Shown: positions 45,600 to 55,967, counted from the stretch's first letter. The stretch: 64,000 bases of DNA from Schizochytrium sp. TIO01 (GCA_004764695.1 SMSO01000014.1:3777648-3841647); one strand, 5' to 3'. Program-made: numbers and translations. Notes: generated from the sequence alone by a model not told the origin.

Positions 45600-48500
45600 A
45601 TGGATCCTCCAAATAGTTCACCGACCAAGGCTGACAGCAACACAGAAGCACTGAATCTGGAACCTAATGAGCTCTCTTCTCAATCTTTACATATGGCATC
45701 ACTGAATACGAATAGCGATGAGCAAGCCGCACAAGTCGCCCTAAACAAGATTGACAATGAGAAGCACAATAGCGGTATGGGTAACATTGAGGCGGAAGCC
45801 AGAGATAACGTGGGAGACTGGAATGAAACTACTGATGGGATTAAAGGGATTCCTTTGGAAGAAAGCTCAGAATCGAATGGAGAAAAAGTCAGTGCCAATC
45901 TTTATCCAGATTCTTCTTTTTTACATGACTCCCTTTCAACTACATTCGAGAGCGGACAAACTTCTTCTACATCTCTCAAAGTCGGCGATGTTGTCGAGAT
46001 ACGTGTAAGCATAGATGCAGAATGGTGTGCAGGCAATGTTTGCGCCATTTATGAGGATGGATCTTACAGGGTTCAGTCTACCAATGGTGAATACGTAACT
46101 CAGAAAATTGGAGACTGTCTCAGACTTTGTCAAAGAGCATCTTCACAAGGAGATGTCGCCCCCATTGAAAATGACCTTCCTGAACGGGAAGTTAACTTAC
46201 TGAAAGCAGAGGGAAGCTCAATAGAAAAGTCATTAGACTTGTCTTTTGTTAAAGCAGAGCTCGTTCAAGGATCAAAGGTAAAAGTCAAGCACCCGAAGAC
46301 AGATCTTGATGCGCAAGCAACAATTGAGTGTGCGCATGAGGATGGCACCTTCGACATCATTTTCAATGATGAAGAAAGATTGACACATGTGTTAGCTGAT
46401 TCTATCAAATCGTTGTCACATCACGGTGCCAGTACTACTAACTTTTGCATAGGCGACCTTGTCGAATGTAATTTTGGAGGTGAAGGAAAGTGGTCCGCCG
46501 CCACAATATCTGAAGTGCACTCGGATGGGTCTTATGATCTAATATCTAATGACGGATATCGAGAGGACAACGTTCAATTAGTAAATATAAGACACAGTTT
46601 AGCAAAACAAGAGAGCTTAGATAGTGACGAATCATTTTGTCAAGGAGATAAAGTTGAGGCAAGATATTGTGGGGGAAAGAAATTTTATTCAGGTACAATT
46701 TCTAAGAGAAACCCCGATGGAACGTATGCAATTACTTACGATGATGGTGACATCGAGTCAATGGTTTCAAGAAACCTTATACGACGTCACGCTCTTAACA
46801 TTCGCACCAAAGATGTTGATACAGAAGTTCTTTGTGAAGGAACGACTATAGAGGGAAACTTTCTTGGCAAGGGTCGTTGGTTCCCCGCAAAAGTCTCTCG
46901 CGTTCGTGCAGACGGTACGTACGACATAGAGTATAACGATGGCGATATAGAAAAAGGAATCATTCGAGAACGGATCAAAGTTATAGGTTTACCAAGTCAA
47001 GTGTCTGTGACTAGCAACAATGACGAAGCAAGCAAACTTCATGAAGGAACCAAAGTTGAAGCTCAGTACAAAGGCCGTAGTAGATTTTATCCAGGCAAAA
47101 TCTCGAGAGCACGTTTGAATGGCACTTACGATATCGACTACGACGATGGAGAAAGGGAAACAGGCGTTGCGCGAGAACTGATCAGAGTGCCAGGCTCGTC
47201 AAGCATAGTGTCTGTGACAAGCAACAATGACGAAGTTAGCAAACTTCATGAAGGAACCAAAGTCGAAGCTCAGTACAGAGGCCGTAGTAGATTTTATCCA
47301 GGCAAAATCTCGAGAGCACGTTTGAATGGCACTTACGATATCGACTACGACGATGGAGAAAGGGAAACAGGCGTTGCGCGAGAACTGATCAGAGTGCCAG
47401 GCTCGTCAAGCATAGTGTCTGTGACAAGCAACAATGACGAAGTTAGCAAACTTCATGAAGGAACCAAAGTCGAAGCTCAGTACAGAGGCCGTAGTAGATT
47501 TTATCCAGGCAAAATCTCGAGAGCACGTTTGAATGGCACTTACGATATCGACTACGACGATGGAGAAAGGGAAACAGGCGTTGCACGAGAACTGATCAGA
47601 GTGCCAGGCTCGTCAAGTAATAGCCCTGAATCCAGCAATAAATTTGGTAAAAACAAAATTTGCAAGGGCACAAGGGTTGAAGCTCGATATAAGCATGGAA
47701 GCAAGTACTATGCAGGTGAAATATCTCGAGTACATTTGGATGGGACCTACGACATTCTCTATGACGATGGAGATAGAGAGAGACGAGTCGCTCGAGATTT
47801 GATTAGAACGATAGGTAGACCAAGAACCATATCTACTGACAGTGAAGGAAATAGCGGTACTTTCAGTGACAGTGACAGTGACAGTAACGAAGATGAAGAA
47901 GGTAGCTTCCAACAAGGAGATAGAATAGAAGCTCGATTCAATGGTGGCGGCAAGTACTATCCTGCGGTTATATCTCGAGTACATTTGGATGGTACTTACG
48001 ATATTAACTATGACGATGGTGACAAACAAAGGGGCGTGGAACGTAGCATGATTCGAATTGACAAAAAATCAACTTTGAATAAAGTTTATGACCAGCAAAA
48101 TTTCCAGGTTCTAGCCGAGGGTGTCCCGGTAGAAGCTCCGTGCAAAGATGAATCAAAACTTAAAAAAGGAATCATTGATCGTAGAAATGCTGACGATACA
48201 TACAATATCAGATTTGATGACGGTGAGTTTGAAGTTCGAGTTGACCAACAAAGTATTAAAGTCATTGCTCCTCAAACAGAGCAAAGTATAAATTTCGCAC
48301 AACGTAACGACGTTCAGAGATCGAATTTAAAATCAGACCAATCAGGTATTTTATCATTACCTTCAGAGAATTTAAGTATTGAACGATCTGGTTCCGAACG
48401 AGATTTATATTCGAAATATACCACGCAGGAACGCTCGCATCAAGCAAAGACACGGCAACGAGAAAGACTGAACAACGTGAAAATGAGAAACTGTCTGGAA

Positions 48501-51500
48501 CCAAGTTTGCGCAGTCGAACGTCAGACGAATCACGGGAGCGTTATAGTAGAGCAGATACAAGTAGAACGCGCAATCGAATCGCAGATAAAAGTAGAATGA
48601 GGAATCGAGTAGAGGACGACGGTTATATGTCAAAAACAGAAGCAGACGCTCAGTCTGCGAGAGAACAGGAAAATAGAGATGCAATCATGGAAAAATTAAA
48701 AACTCTTCATGTTGAGGACGCAGAAAACCTTCTCTACGCGTACTTATCTATGGATGAGAAATCATGTGAGCAAATCTTTAACCGCAAACTTGATTCTACG
48801 GAACAGGAACAGGAAAACACGGAGAAGCTCAACGGAAAGCATTCTGCCTTTGCTGCTCGAGACTATCCAGATCACATGACCATGCTCATGTATGCTGCAA
48901 AGAAAGGTCATCACAATGTTGTGAGATTTCTGGTCAGGCACGCAACCAACCCAGATGCTCGCTATAATTTAAAGGTAAATTTAAAGGAGGCAACACGGGG
49001 ATATTCAGCCTTAATGCTTGCAGTAGAGGGTGGACATGTTAAAATCGTCAATGAGCTGGTCAGATATCGGCTTCCTTTGGAAACTCTAAAAATCAATGAT
49101 CGTGCGTCTCCCTATGCTTTTATTCCTCAAATAAAACCCCGGGAAAAAGCTGAAAATAGAAGTGTTGCACAGACAATAACCTTGCAAAATCAAAATGAAA
49201 CTGCTTTGCATATCGCGTGTGCACTTCCAGAGGAGCAAGATGAGATTGTGAAGCTTCTTTGCTCTCACAAAGCACTCACAGACATTGCTGATGCTCGAGG
49301 CTTTACACCTCTCCACCATGCATGTATTAGAGGTCACGTTGCAATTGTAGAATATCTTCTTAATAAAGGTGCCAATGCAGCGATCAAAACCCATGAACAA
49401 GTAAGTCCGCTTCATTTGGCGGCCCAATACGGTCATGGACTTATTGTCAAACTACTCTTAGAGAAAATCTCGCTGCTTGTTGACACTGAAGATTGGAAAG
49501 GTCAGAGTGCCCTCCATCTCGCCTTTGAAAGATACTTCTACTTAAGTCGCCTTTGTTGGAATACAGTTAGTCTTTTCAAGGATCAGTTCAAAGATTTGTT
49601 TACAGAGGAGGATGCAACAGACGCCGACAGACCTGATCCATATTTAGAAGAGGGATTTTACTCTAGCCATATAGGAGGTGAAATGTCAAATCCTAAAGGT
49701 TCTGGCGATGAAATAGGTCTACAAGCGGGGATCATGATGACAAAGCCTACAAACAATAAAGATGAACAAACAGCCAAAGACCTATTATATCTTCTTGGGG
49801 ATCATGGAAATCCTCCACTTGTAGAGAAGAAAGAGATGAAGGAGGAGACCAACACCTGGAGGAATAACATTTTCCGAGAGGCTCGGCTCCCGGTTGGAAT
49901 CAACGATAAAATTCGTCCAATTTTCGAGAGAATGATTGCGTCAGGAGAACGTCTCTATGATTCTAGACCTCGGCCAGCCTCATGCAAGTTTATGGTAGAT
50001 ACCGGGGTCCCAGCGATGCTACTTAATCATTACCTCCCTCGGTTATGTGTTGAAGTTGCTAATCTACCGGACCAGGAGAAGGTGTTACGTGTAAAGAGTG
50101 CACTGGGGATTAAAAAACACACTGTCGATGTCAGCCGACTGTGCCGCCAAAGTGCTGAGACAGAAGAGATGCCTAATACTTATCCGTTTTATAAGCATGA
50201 GTCTGCAGATCTTCTGCTTTTCAGTGAACTTCAAAATCCCAACAACAAAGCAAAACTACGCGAGATTGGCAGCGCACGTGTATTCTCAATGAAGGCTCTT
50301 AGTGGCCTTGAGAACTTGGAGCAACTACTCTTTGCGATTGATAGCCAGAACTTACTGATTAAGTGCCTCCTCGATGCGGGTGCCGACATGAGCAAGGAGG
50401 ACAATCGTGGCACTCCAGCATTCACCAAGTATGCACAGGATAGTTGGTTCGATGCAAACGAACAAGAAATGCAACGAATTCGGGACTCGCCATCAGAAGC
50501 AGGTCATGATGCAGAAATATTCCTGGATAAACGAACGCAACATGCGGTGCATCAAGCATGGGTGTCAAATGGCCGCCGATGTTATGCGCTATGCTTGCTA
50601 TTCATGTGGATTGCTGGATTACTTCTCCTGACTTGGGTAGCCTTGAAATATAGTGGACGCGACTCTTACGAAGCCCCATCAATGCAGGCAGCGATCCGGG
50701 AACGCATTGGCAGCGATGAATGGGACGAATATGAAAGTAAGAGCCTAGAGGATGTTGGAAATATTGCAGAATGGCAGCAGTATCTCGAAAACGTTTTTGT
50801 AAGTTCTCTCTGGGAGACAAATCAGACGTACGTGGATGCTCAAGGACAAATCCGCAATGTCGGAAATCATGGGCCTCTTCTAAGTGGCCAGCTTGGCTTG
50901 GTTGGGCGGCCGAGATACCGTCAGCTTCGGACGCGGTCTGATGCGTGCTTGAACGAGAATCCTTCGATTATCCCTCAAACAGAGGATTTCTGCTTTTCTC
51001 CATACACGACGCGAGTATACGGGTCTCCTTTAATTTCTGATGAAGATCGTCGGGATCTTTTATGCACATTTAGTAATGGAACAGTCCTCCTGCTGGAATG
51101 GGCCGAGTATCAATCCTACCCAGTACAAGGTAGATATGGTTACTATAGAGATGGAGGCTTCAGCATTGATTTACCGTCAGACTATGAAGAGGCAATTTCG
51201 CTTCTTCATGATCTGGGTAATTGTAACTTCATTGACCTCAACACTCGCTTTGCTGCACTTGAGTTCACCTTGTATTCACGATCACAAGGTTTGTTCACAT
51301 ATGGAACAGTGTATCTTGAACTGACGACCACCGGTATGATTTCACCTGGGCAAAAGTGGCGAACTTTCAAAGTTGTTAGCTATGCGACGCACCAGGATCT
51401 CAAGGATATCTGGGCAGAGGTACTTCTTGGCGTTTTTCTTCTTTGTTATTTTGCTTCCGAAGTATGGAGTATGTTCCAGCCTTGGCCTGAGATGAGAGCT

Positions 51501-52505
51501 ACTAAATCATTGCGGGCATCTGATGGCATTATAAGCAATCAATTGGTGAGCTCTAAATACCCTGCCTTTTGGTATCCCTCGATGAGAGAGGTAAGGCATC
51601 ACGGCTGGGAAGATGAGAGCAATGCTCAAGACGCGATTTTGCTATTTCGATTCCGGAAAAATTGGCCTGTTTACCTTCGGAAGTCATCTTACATAATTCC
51701 ACCTTACCTTTATGATGGCTTCAACTTTGTCGATGTTTTCGTGATGGTCGTGGTGATGTCGCTCATTAGTACGCATTGTCTCTTAGTGGTCCAAGTCAAT
51801 GTAGCAGCTCCTTCGTGGTATGAGCTTGCAGCGTCAAACATGTATATTGACGTGTCTCATTTTCTCTGGTTGTCAGCTTGGCGACAGTATCTCTTGGCAA
51901 TTACAGTTTTTCTCTTTTATATAAAAACATTAGAGTACCTCCAGGTAGCTCCTTGGCTTACTATTCCCATTCTAGTGATTGGAGGAATGCTTTCTCGTCT
52001 CGCAGGTTTCTTTGCAATCTTTGCAGTTTTCATCATGGCATTTGGTTTATTCGATTATGTGCTGTATGGTATGGAGTATGAGCCTGTGCAGTCGGTGTGG
52101 CGTGGAATTCTCGGTGCATTCCGGGCTTCCTTAGGCGAGGTTGATTTTGACGGTAAGATTGAGACAGACCAAACTGTTGGCGTTGTTATGTCTCTTGCTG
52201 CTGCTTCGCTTCTAGTCATCCTCCTCCTCAATCTTCTTATTGCTATCATGAATGAGGCTTACGAGGAAATCAAGGAAACAGCTGAAGCTAGATGGTGTTA
52301 CAAACAATTTTCGGCCTACCTTGCTCATCAGCGTAGGGAGACGATGGGTTTTAAGTTTCAGCTTCCGTTTCGCTACCTACACAGGTTGTGCTGTACAAAG
52401 CAAAAGCTTCTCAAGTTCGATGTCGTTGTAGATGAAAATAGAACTGGTAAGATTACGGTTGTTGTTGGCAGAAATGGGCACGCACAAGTTGTCCCCGCGC
52501 CATAA
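45600..52505 (+). CDS. Tudor-repeat / ankyrin-repeat / polycystin-2 (TRPP)-like cation channel
   Basis: Uninterrupted 2301-aa ORF. 11 Tudor/Agenet-like units (G.KVEA.Y.G...YYPG.ISR...DGTYDI.YDDG), ~45975-48265. 6-7 ankyrin repeats (e.g. GFTPLHHACIRGHVAIVEYLLNKGAN), ~48870-49525 plus ~50350-50420. PKD channel ~50580-52280 with GRPRYRQLR, FIDLNTRFAALEFTLY, FNFVDV, pore FRASLGEVDFD and S6 LLNLLIAIMNEAYEEIK. Confidence 0.9.
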   Translation: MDPPNSSPTKADSNTEALNLEPNELSSQSLHMASLNTNSDEQAAQVALNKIDNEKHNSGMGNIEAEARDNVGDWNETTDGIKGIPLEESSESNGEKVSANLYPDSSFLHDSLSTTFESGQTSSTSLKVGDVVEIRVSIDAEWCAGNVCAIYEDGSYRVQSTNGEYVTQKIGDCLRLCQRASSQGDVAPIENDLPEREVNLLKAEGSSIEKSLDLSFVKAELVQGSKVKVKHPKTDLDAQATIECAHEDGTFDIIFNDEERLTHVLADSIKSLSHHGASTTNFCIGDLVECNFGGEGKWSAATISEVHSDGSYDLISNDGYREDNVQLVNIRHSLAKQESLDSDESFCQGDKVEARYCGGKKFYSGTISKRNPDGTYAITYDDGDIESMVSRNLIRRHALNIRTKDVDTEVLCEGTTIEGNFLGKGRWFPAKVSRVRADGTYDIEYNDGDIEKGIIRERIKVIGLPSQVSVTSNNDEASKLHEGTKVEAQYKGRSRFYPGKISRARLNGTYDIDYDDGERETGVARELIRVPGSSSIVSVTSNNDEVSKLHEGTKVEAQYRGRSRFYPGKISRARLNGTYDIDYDDGERETGVARELIRVPGSSSIVSVTSNNDEVSKLHEGTKVEAQYRGRSRFYPGKISRARLNGTYDIDYDDGERETGVARELIRVPGSSSNSPESSNKFGKNKICKGTRVEARYKHGSKYYAGEISRVHLDGTYDILYDDGDRERRVARDLIRTIGRPRTISTDSEGNSGTFSDSDSDSNEDEEGSFQQGDRIEARFNGGGKYYPAVISRVHLDGTYDINYDDGDKQRGVERSMIRIDKKSTLNKVYDQQNFQVLAEGVPVEAPCKDESKLKKGIIDRRNADDTYNIRFDDGEFEVRVDQQSIKVIAPQTEQSINFAQRNDVQRSNLKSDQSGILSLPSENLSIERSGSERDLYSKYTTQERSHQAKTRQRERLNNVKMRNCLEPSLRSRTSDESRERYSRADTSRTRNRIADKSRMRNRVEDDGYMSKTEADAQSAREQENRDAIMEKLKTLHVEDAENLLYAYLSMDEKSCEQIFNRKLDSTEQEQENTEKLNGKHSAFAARDYPDHMTMLMYAAKKGHHNVVRFLVRHATNPDARYNLKVNLKEATRGYSALMLAVEGGHVKIVNELVRYRLPLETLKINDRASPYAFIPQIKPREKAENRSVAQTITLQNQNETALHIACALPEEQDEIVKLLCSHKALTDIADARGFTPLHHACIRGHVAIVEYLLNKGANAAIKTHEQVSPLHLAAQYGHGLIVKLLLEKISLLVDTEDWKGQSALHLAFERYFYLSRLCWNTVSLFKDQFKDLFTEEDATDADRPDPYLEEGFYSSHIGGEMSNPKGSGDEIGLQAGIMMTKPTNNKDEQTAKDLLYLLGDHGNPPLVEKKEMKEETNTWRNNIFREARLPVGINDKIRPIFERMIASGERLYDSRPRPASCKFMVDTGVPAMLLNHYLPRLCVEVANLPDQEKVLRVKSALGIKKHTVDVSRLCRQSAETEEMPNTYPFYKHESADLLLFSELQNPNNKAKLREIGSARVFSMKALSGLENLEQLLFAIDSQNLLIKCLLDAGADMSKEDNRGTPAFTKYAQDSWFDANEQEMQRIRDSPSEAGHDAEIFLDKRTQHAVHQAWVSNGRRCYALCLLFMWIAGLLLLTWVALKYSGRDSYEAPSMQAAIRERIGSDEWDEYESKSLEDVGNIAEWQQYLENVFVSSLWETNQTYVDAQGQIRNVGNHGPLLSGQLGLVGRPRYRQLRTRSDACLNENPSIIPQTEDFCFSPYTTRVYGSPLISDEDRRDLLCTFSNGTVLLLEWAEYQSYPVQGRYGYYRDGGFSIDLPSDYEEAISLLHDLGNCNFIDLNTRFAALEFTLYSRSQGLFTYGTVYLELTTTGMISPGQKWRTFKVVSYATHQDLKDIWAEVLLGVFLLCYFASEVWSMFQPWPEMRATKSLRASDGIISNQLVSSKYPAFWYPSMREVRHHGWEDESNAQDAILLFRFRKNWPVYLRKSSYIIPPYLYDGFNFVDVFVMVVVMSLISTHCLLVVQVNVAAPSWYELAASNMYIDVSHFLWLSAWRQYLLAITVFLFYIKTLEYLQVAPWLTIPILVIGGMLSRLAGFFAIFAVFIMAFGLFDYVLYGMEYEPVQSVWRGILGAFRASLGEVDFDGKIETDQTVGVVMSLAAASLLVILLLNLLIAIMNEAYEEIKETAEARWCYKQFSAYLAHQRRETMGFKFQLPFRYLHRLCCTKQKLLKFDVVVDENRTGKITVVVGRNGHAQVVPAP
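47001..47617 (+). repeat. Three near-identical 207-bp (69-aa) in-frame tandem repeats, each encoding one Tudor-like domain
   Basis: Units start at 47001, 47208 and 47415 with GTGTCTGTGAC. Copies 2 and 3 are almost identical. Copy 1 differs at a few positions in its first ~72 nt. Confidence 0.97.
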
Positions 52506-53089
52506 TAAGTAGCAGCACCTCGGTCAACGTAGTGTCGGGTTGTACTACATTTACACATCAAATCTTGCCTCTGGTGCTGCCTAGTTGCTGGCGCAGATCG
52601 TTTTTTCGTCCTACATGTTGCGAGATTTTATCTAACTCCATAGCATGGTAAGTAAAGTAGTACCCAGTCTGGCTATTTAGACCTGTGCAGGGGTGACCGT
52701 GAAGCGAATTCAGTTAGTGATTCTTAACCTTTAAAGAAACAATACAGACTAATTAAATTCGAAGAGCAGAGCAACCAGAGTAACACAAACGATGCGATGT
52801 TTAGACCAAGTAGTACAAGCTTTAAAAAAGATTCCCCAAACAATCTTGTCATTCTATTTACAATGTAGACATGGCGGGCGAGAAGCTACTCTATAGTCCT
52901 CAGATTTGCGTGGTCGTATCAGACCCATGAAGCGATTAAAACACATCGAAACGCAAAAACAAACATATAGCGTTACGGAATACCTTTCAAGTTGTCACCA
53001 AATCTGGAAAAAACTATGAACCTCAGGAAAACCAAGCTAGAGTGATGAATATTGCAATCTTATTGCCAGTTGCTCTTGACCTTGTATTT

Positions 53090-53121
53090 TGCACGCATGC
53101 ACGCATGCACGCACGCACGCG
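53090..53121. repeat. GCAC/GCAT microsatellite
   Basis: tgcacgcatgcacgcatgcacgcacgcacgcg. Confidence 0.85.
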
Positions 53122-53606
53122 CCACAGCCTCCTTCTTGGATCCCTGCTCAAACATACTGCGATAGACTTCTTCGCAAACACCTCAAAGAAAGACCTGCCT
53201 GCATTGCTTGCGTGTAATTCCTTACGTCATCACGATGATATTCCCTTGAAATCCGCGCTTCTCCATCTTGCAAGACCGGAAGGACGTTACGCCGAAACCA
53301 CCAATACTATCCAGTATCAGAAACAGTTACAAAACCGAACTGTGGGCCAGAGAACCGAGAGCATTTCGGGTCCCTTTGACAGGATTTCAATGCGGCTCTG
53401 CAATCTCTCAATCGATCTATCGACGGCTCTAAACTAAGGCTGCTGGAGCGAAGCGTGCCTGACAGCGGCGAGCGTCGCGAGGCTGCCATGGATGGCGGGA
53501 CTGGTGACAGCCTGACTGCTGCCGGCGTGGACCTTCGTCGGTTGGCGAAAGGGGACGACAGAGAAGAAATGGTGATTTGCTGTGAGATTTGTTAAAGTTT
53601 GTTATC

Positions 53607-53640
53607 GTTTCTTTGTTTCTTTGTTTCTTTGTTTCTTTGT
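53607..53640. repeat. (GTTTCTTT)4 repeat
   Basis: Four perfect 8-mers start at 53607, 53615, 53623 and 53631. Confidence 0.9.
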
Positions 53641-53890
53641 TGTCATTCTCGTTATGTATTATAAATTTCAATTTAAAAGAACAAAAAGAACGAACAAAAC
53701 AAAAATCATTACGTATCGTGAGTGAATGGAGTGAAAGGGAAAGTTTCTGGGACCAATTAGAGACCAAAGCGAAGACAAAAACCTCAAACCAGAACGGACT
53801 CGAGCGTGCAAGCAGGCCAAACAACGCCAGTCCACGCACCCAGCAGCGCTTTGAGGAAAGCTGGTAATTTGCGGGCGCGAGGGAGTCAGA

Positions 53891-53930
53891 AAGCAAGCAT
53901 GCAAGCATGCAAGCATGCAAGCAAGCAAGC
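53891..53930. repeat. GCAAGCAT / GCAA microsatellite
   Basis: aagcaagcatgcaagcatgcaagcatgcaagcaagcaagc. Confidence 0.9.
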
Positions 53931-55048
53931 GTGGCAAAGAAATGCGCCCTGTTCATAACAGCTGTGAAAATAAAACAAAACAGAAATAAAATATTACTAT
54001 ATGCTGTTATTTTTATTTGTCAGTTTTGTAATTGAAAAGATCGCCAACAATTTTCTTAATGGCGGATAATATGGAGAAAGAACTCGTAAAAAAGAAAGAA
54101 AGAAAGCAGGCTTTCCTTTCCTGCAAAGTGCGAAAAGAGAAATGAAATCAGAGCAGATACCATGGACACATTTACATTGGAGGAGCATTAACCTGGGCAT
54201 GATAACCTACAAACTCGAGGAGGTAAACAAAGACATGTTTTACATAGGTCCCTGCTGCATCGTACTTACTTTCCGCAAATAACCGCTCGGTACCTGGCGC
54301 GTTCATCATGCTTTGCTTGAACCCTATTCATTTCTATGGGCCAAAAAGAAAAGAAAGAAAGAAAGAATGAATGAAAGAAAGGAAGAGATAGAGAGAATAA
54401 GGATTTCTAAGGAAGAGCGGAAAGGACTCCGTTTGATTTATTGAAGGAAGGACTTTCGTTGCCAGGCTTAGCAATGACGTCTGCGCCAAACCCGATCCAA
54501 TCCGTCAGCGTGGCAACGAGGGGAGGGCTGTGCTCGCTCGGCGGCTCGCAGGTTTACTGACTTGGCTGGTCGCTTGGACTCGGAGGCGAATAGTCAACCA
54601 ACAAGACCAACTTGGACTTGGCCATTACGGGGTTGACTGATTATTTCTGTGCTGTTTTTTTCATTGGAGACGGCACAAGAACAGGCTTGCCCAGACACAA
54701 GTCCGGCACCAGGGCAAACTGCTGAGACAACGCACGGGTGTTGATTGGGGGATACTGCTTGGAATACATCTGGACGACTGCGAGCTTGTGCGAGAAAATT
54801 GCGTGAATTCTTGTGCTGTATTGGTCTGCGGAATTAATTGAGGTCCAGGATCTTTTGGGTCCTTAAGTAGTAGGTGGTACCTACCTACAATTTGCTACAT
54901 CATTATCGTTGGCCACGTTGAGGATATCCAAGAGGAGTTGGCTTGGGAGAGCTTCGTATTCGGAGGAGAGGGAGTTTCAGAGCGAAATCATTGACTAAGG
55001 TTTTAGATTTGTGCAAGAGTTTGGGTTCTAGGAACTGGAGCATCCATA

Positions 55049-55741
55049 ATGCCGGCTACTATGGACGAGGAGGTACGCTTTGCGGTGCTGTCCATTTGGC
55101 GCGCCTTTCGCAATGGCCTGTTTTACGGAACAAAAATCAGGCTACCGCATGCACTAGTCATGACGCTACTTTTTAGGCGTAACAGCGATCTCAAGAAGAT
55201 GATGGACCCAATTGCTCGAATGACATGGGAACATTCACGAAATCTGGCGCTCTTCGCTGGTTTTTACAAGATCCTCTTAGCCGCAGCGCGTTTGGTTCGC
55301 GTGCGGCTTGGAGATCGCCTTGAAACTCCTCCGGGTGTGCCTGTGACGCAGCTAGATTCATTTTTGTCCGCAGCATTGGTGGGCCACTTTGTGTGGGGGC
55401 GTTATTCCTCGGTCAATTCGCAGATTGTCATGTATCTGCTGAGCCGTGTCATCTTTGCCTTTTGCCATTTGCTAGCAGAAAAGGATGTCCAACCTTTTGC
55501 GTCTGTGACCTTTAATGAAGCCTATCCGTGGTTGGCTTCATTCGTTTGGGGCTCAGTATTGTGGCTCTATGAGTACCACCCTGAGAGGCTGCAGGCCTCG
55601 CTCTTTAGCTCGATGGACTTTCTCTACCACCAAACAAATGAGTGGGAGACCGTGGAGGACTTCTTGCCTAGCCCGGCCACCGCGGGCATCTTTGTATACT
55701 TGGTGTTGCGTGCTCGCCAAATGGTGCGAGGCAGCAAATAA
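55049..55741 (+). CDS. PXMP4: Peroxisomal membrane protein 4 (Tim17/PMP24 family)
   Basis: FRNGLFYGTKIRLPHALVMTLLF, TWEHSRNLALFA, SSVNSQIVMYLLSRV, VWGSVLWLYE, LQASLFSSMDFLYH are diagnostic PXMP4 motifs. Confidence 0.95.
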   Translation: MPATMDEEVRFAVLSIWRAFRNGLFYGTKIRLPHALVMTLLFRRNSDLKKMMDPIARMTWEHSRNLALFAGFYKILLAAARLVRVRLGDRLETPPGVPVTQLDSFLSAALVGHFVWGRYSSVNSQIVMYLLSRVIFAFCHLLAEKDVQPFASVTFNEAYPWLASFVWGSVLWLYEYHPERLQASLFSSMDFLYHQTNEWETVEDFLPSPATAGIFVYLVLRARQMVRGSK

Positions 55742-55967
55742 TAATGATCCAACCATCTTTTCTACTTCTACTTCCACTGCTTCTAATAATACTAATTTTA
55801 CTTATAAATCGCATCCATATTATTTTTTAAAGTCATAAGTCTACACGCTTAATTTTAAAAGTCTTTGAGGAGCCCATTTCCTAAAAATTTGCGAGCGAGG
55901 AAAATCAGAGTTTGTTGTTGAATTAATGCATGTTACGTTTTAGTAAGTTTGGCATGATCAGTGTTGC

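Noticed and set aside
47001-47617. Direct repeats as a CRISPR array or mobile element
   Set aside because: They are contiguous 207-bp in-frame coding repeats with no unique spacers, in a eukaryotic context.
53429-53956. 175-aa, 92-aa and 89-aa ORFs
   Set aside because: They are translations of microsatellites (LACLHAC, KETKKQRNK).
55739-55747. TAA TAA TGA after PXMP4 as a read-through/peroxisomal extension signal
   Set aside because: Three consecutive stops preclude any extension.
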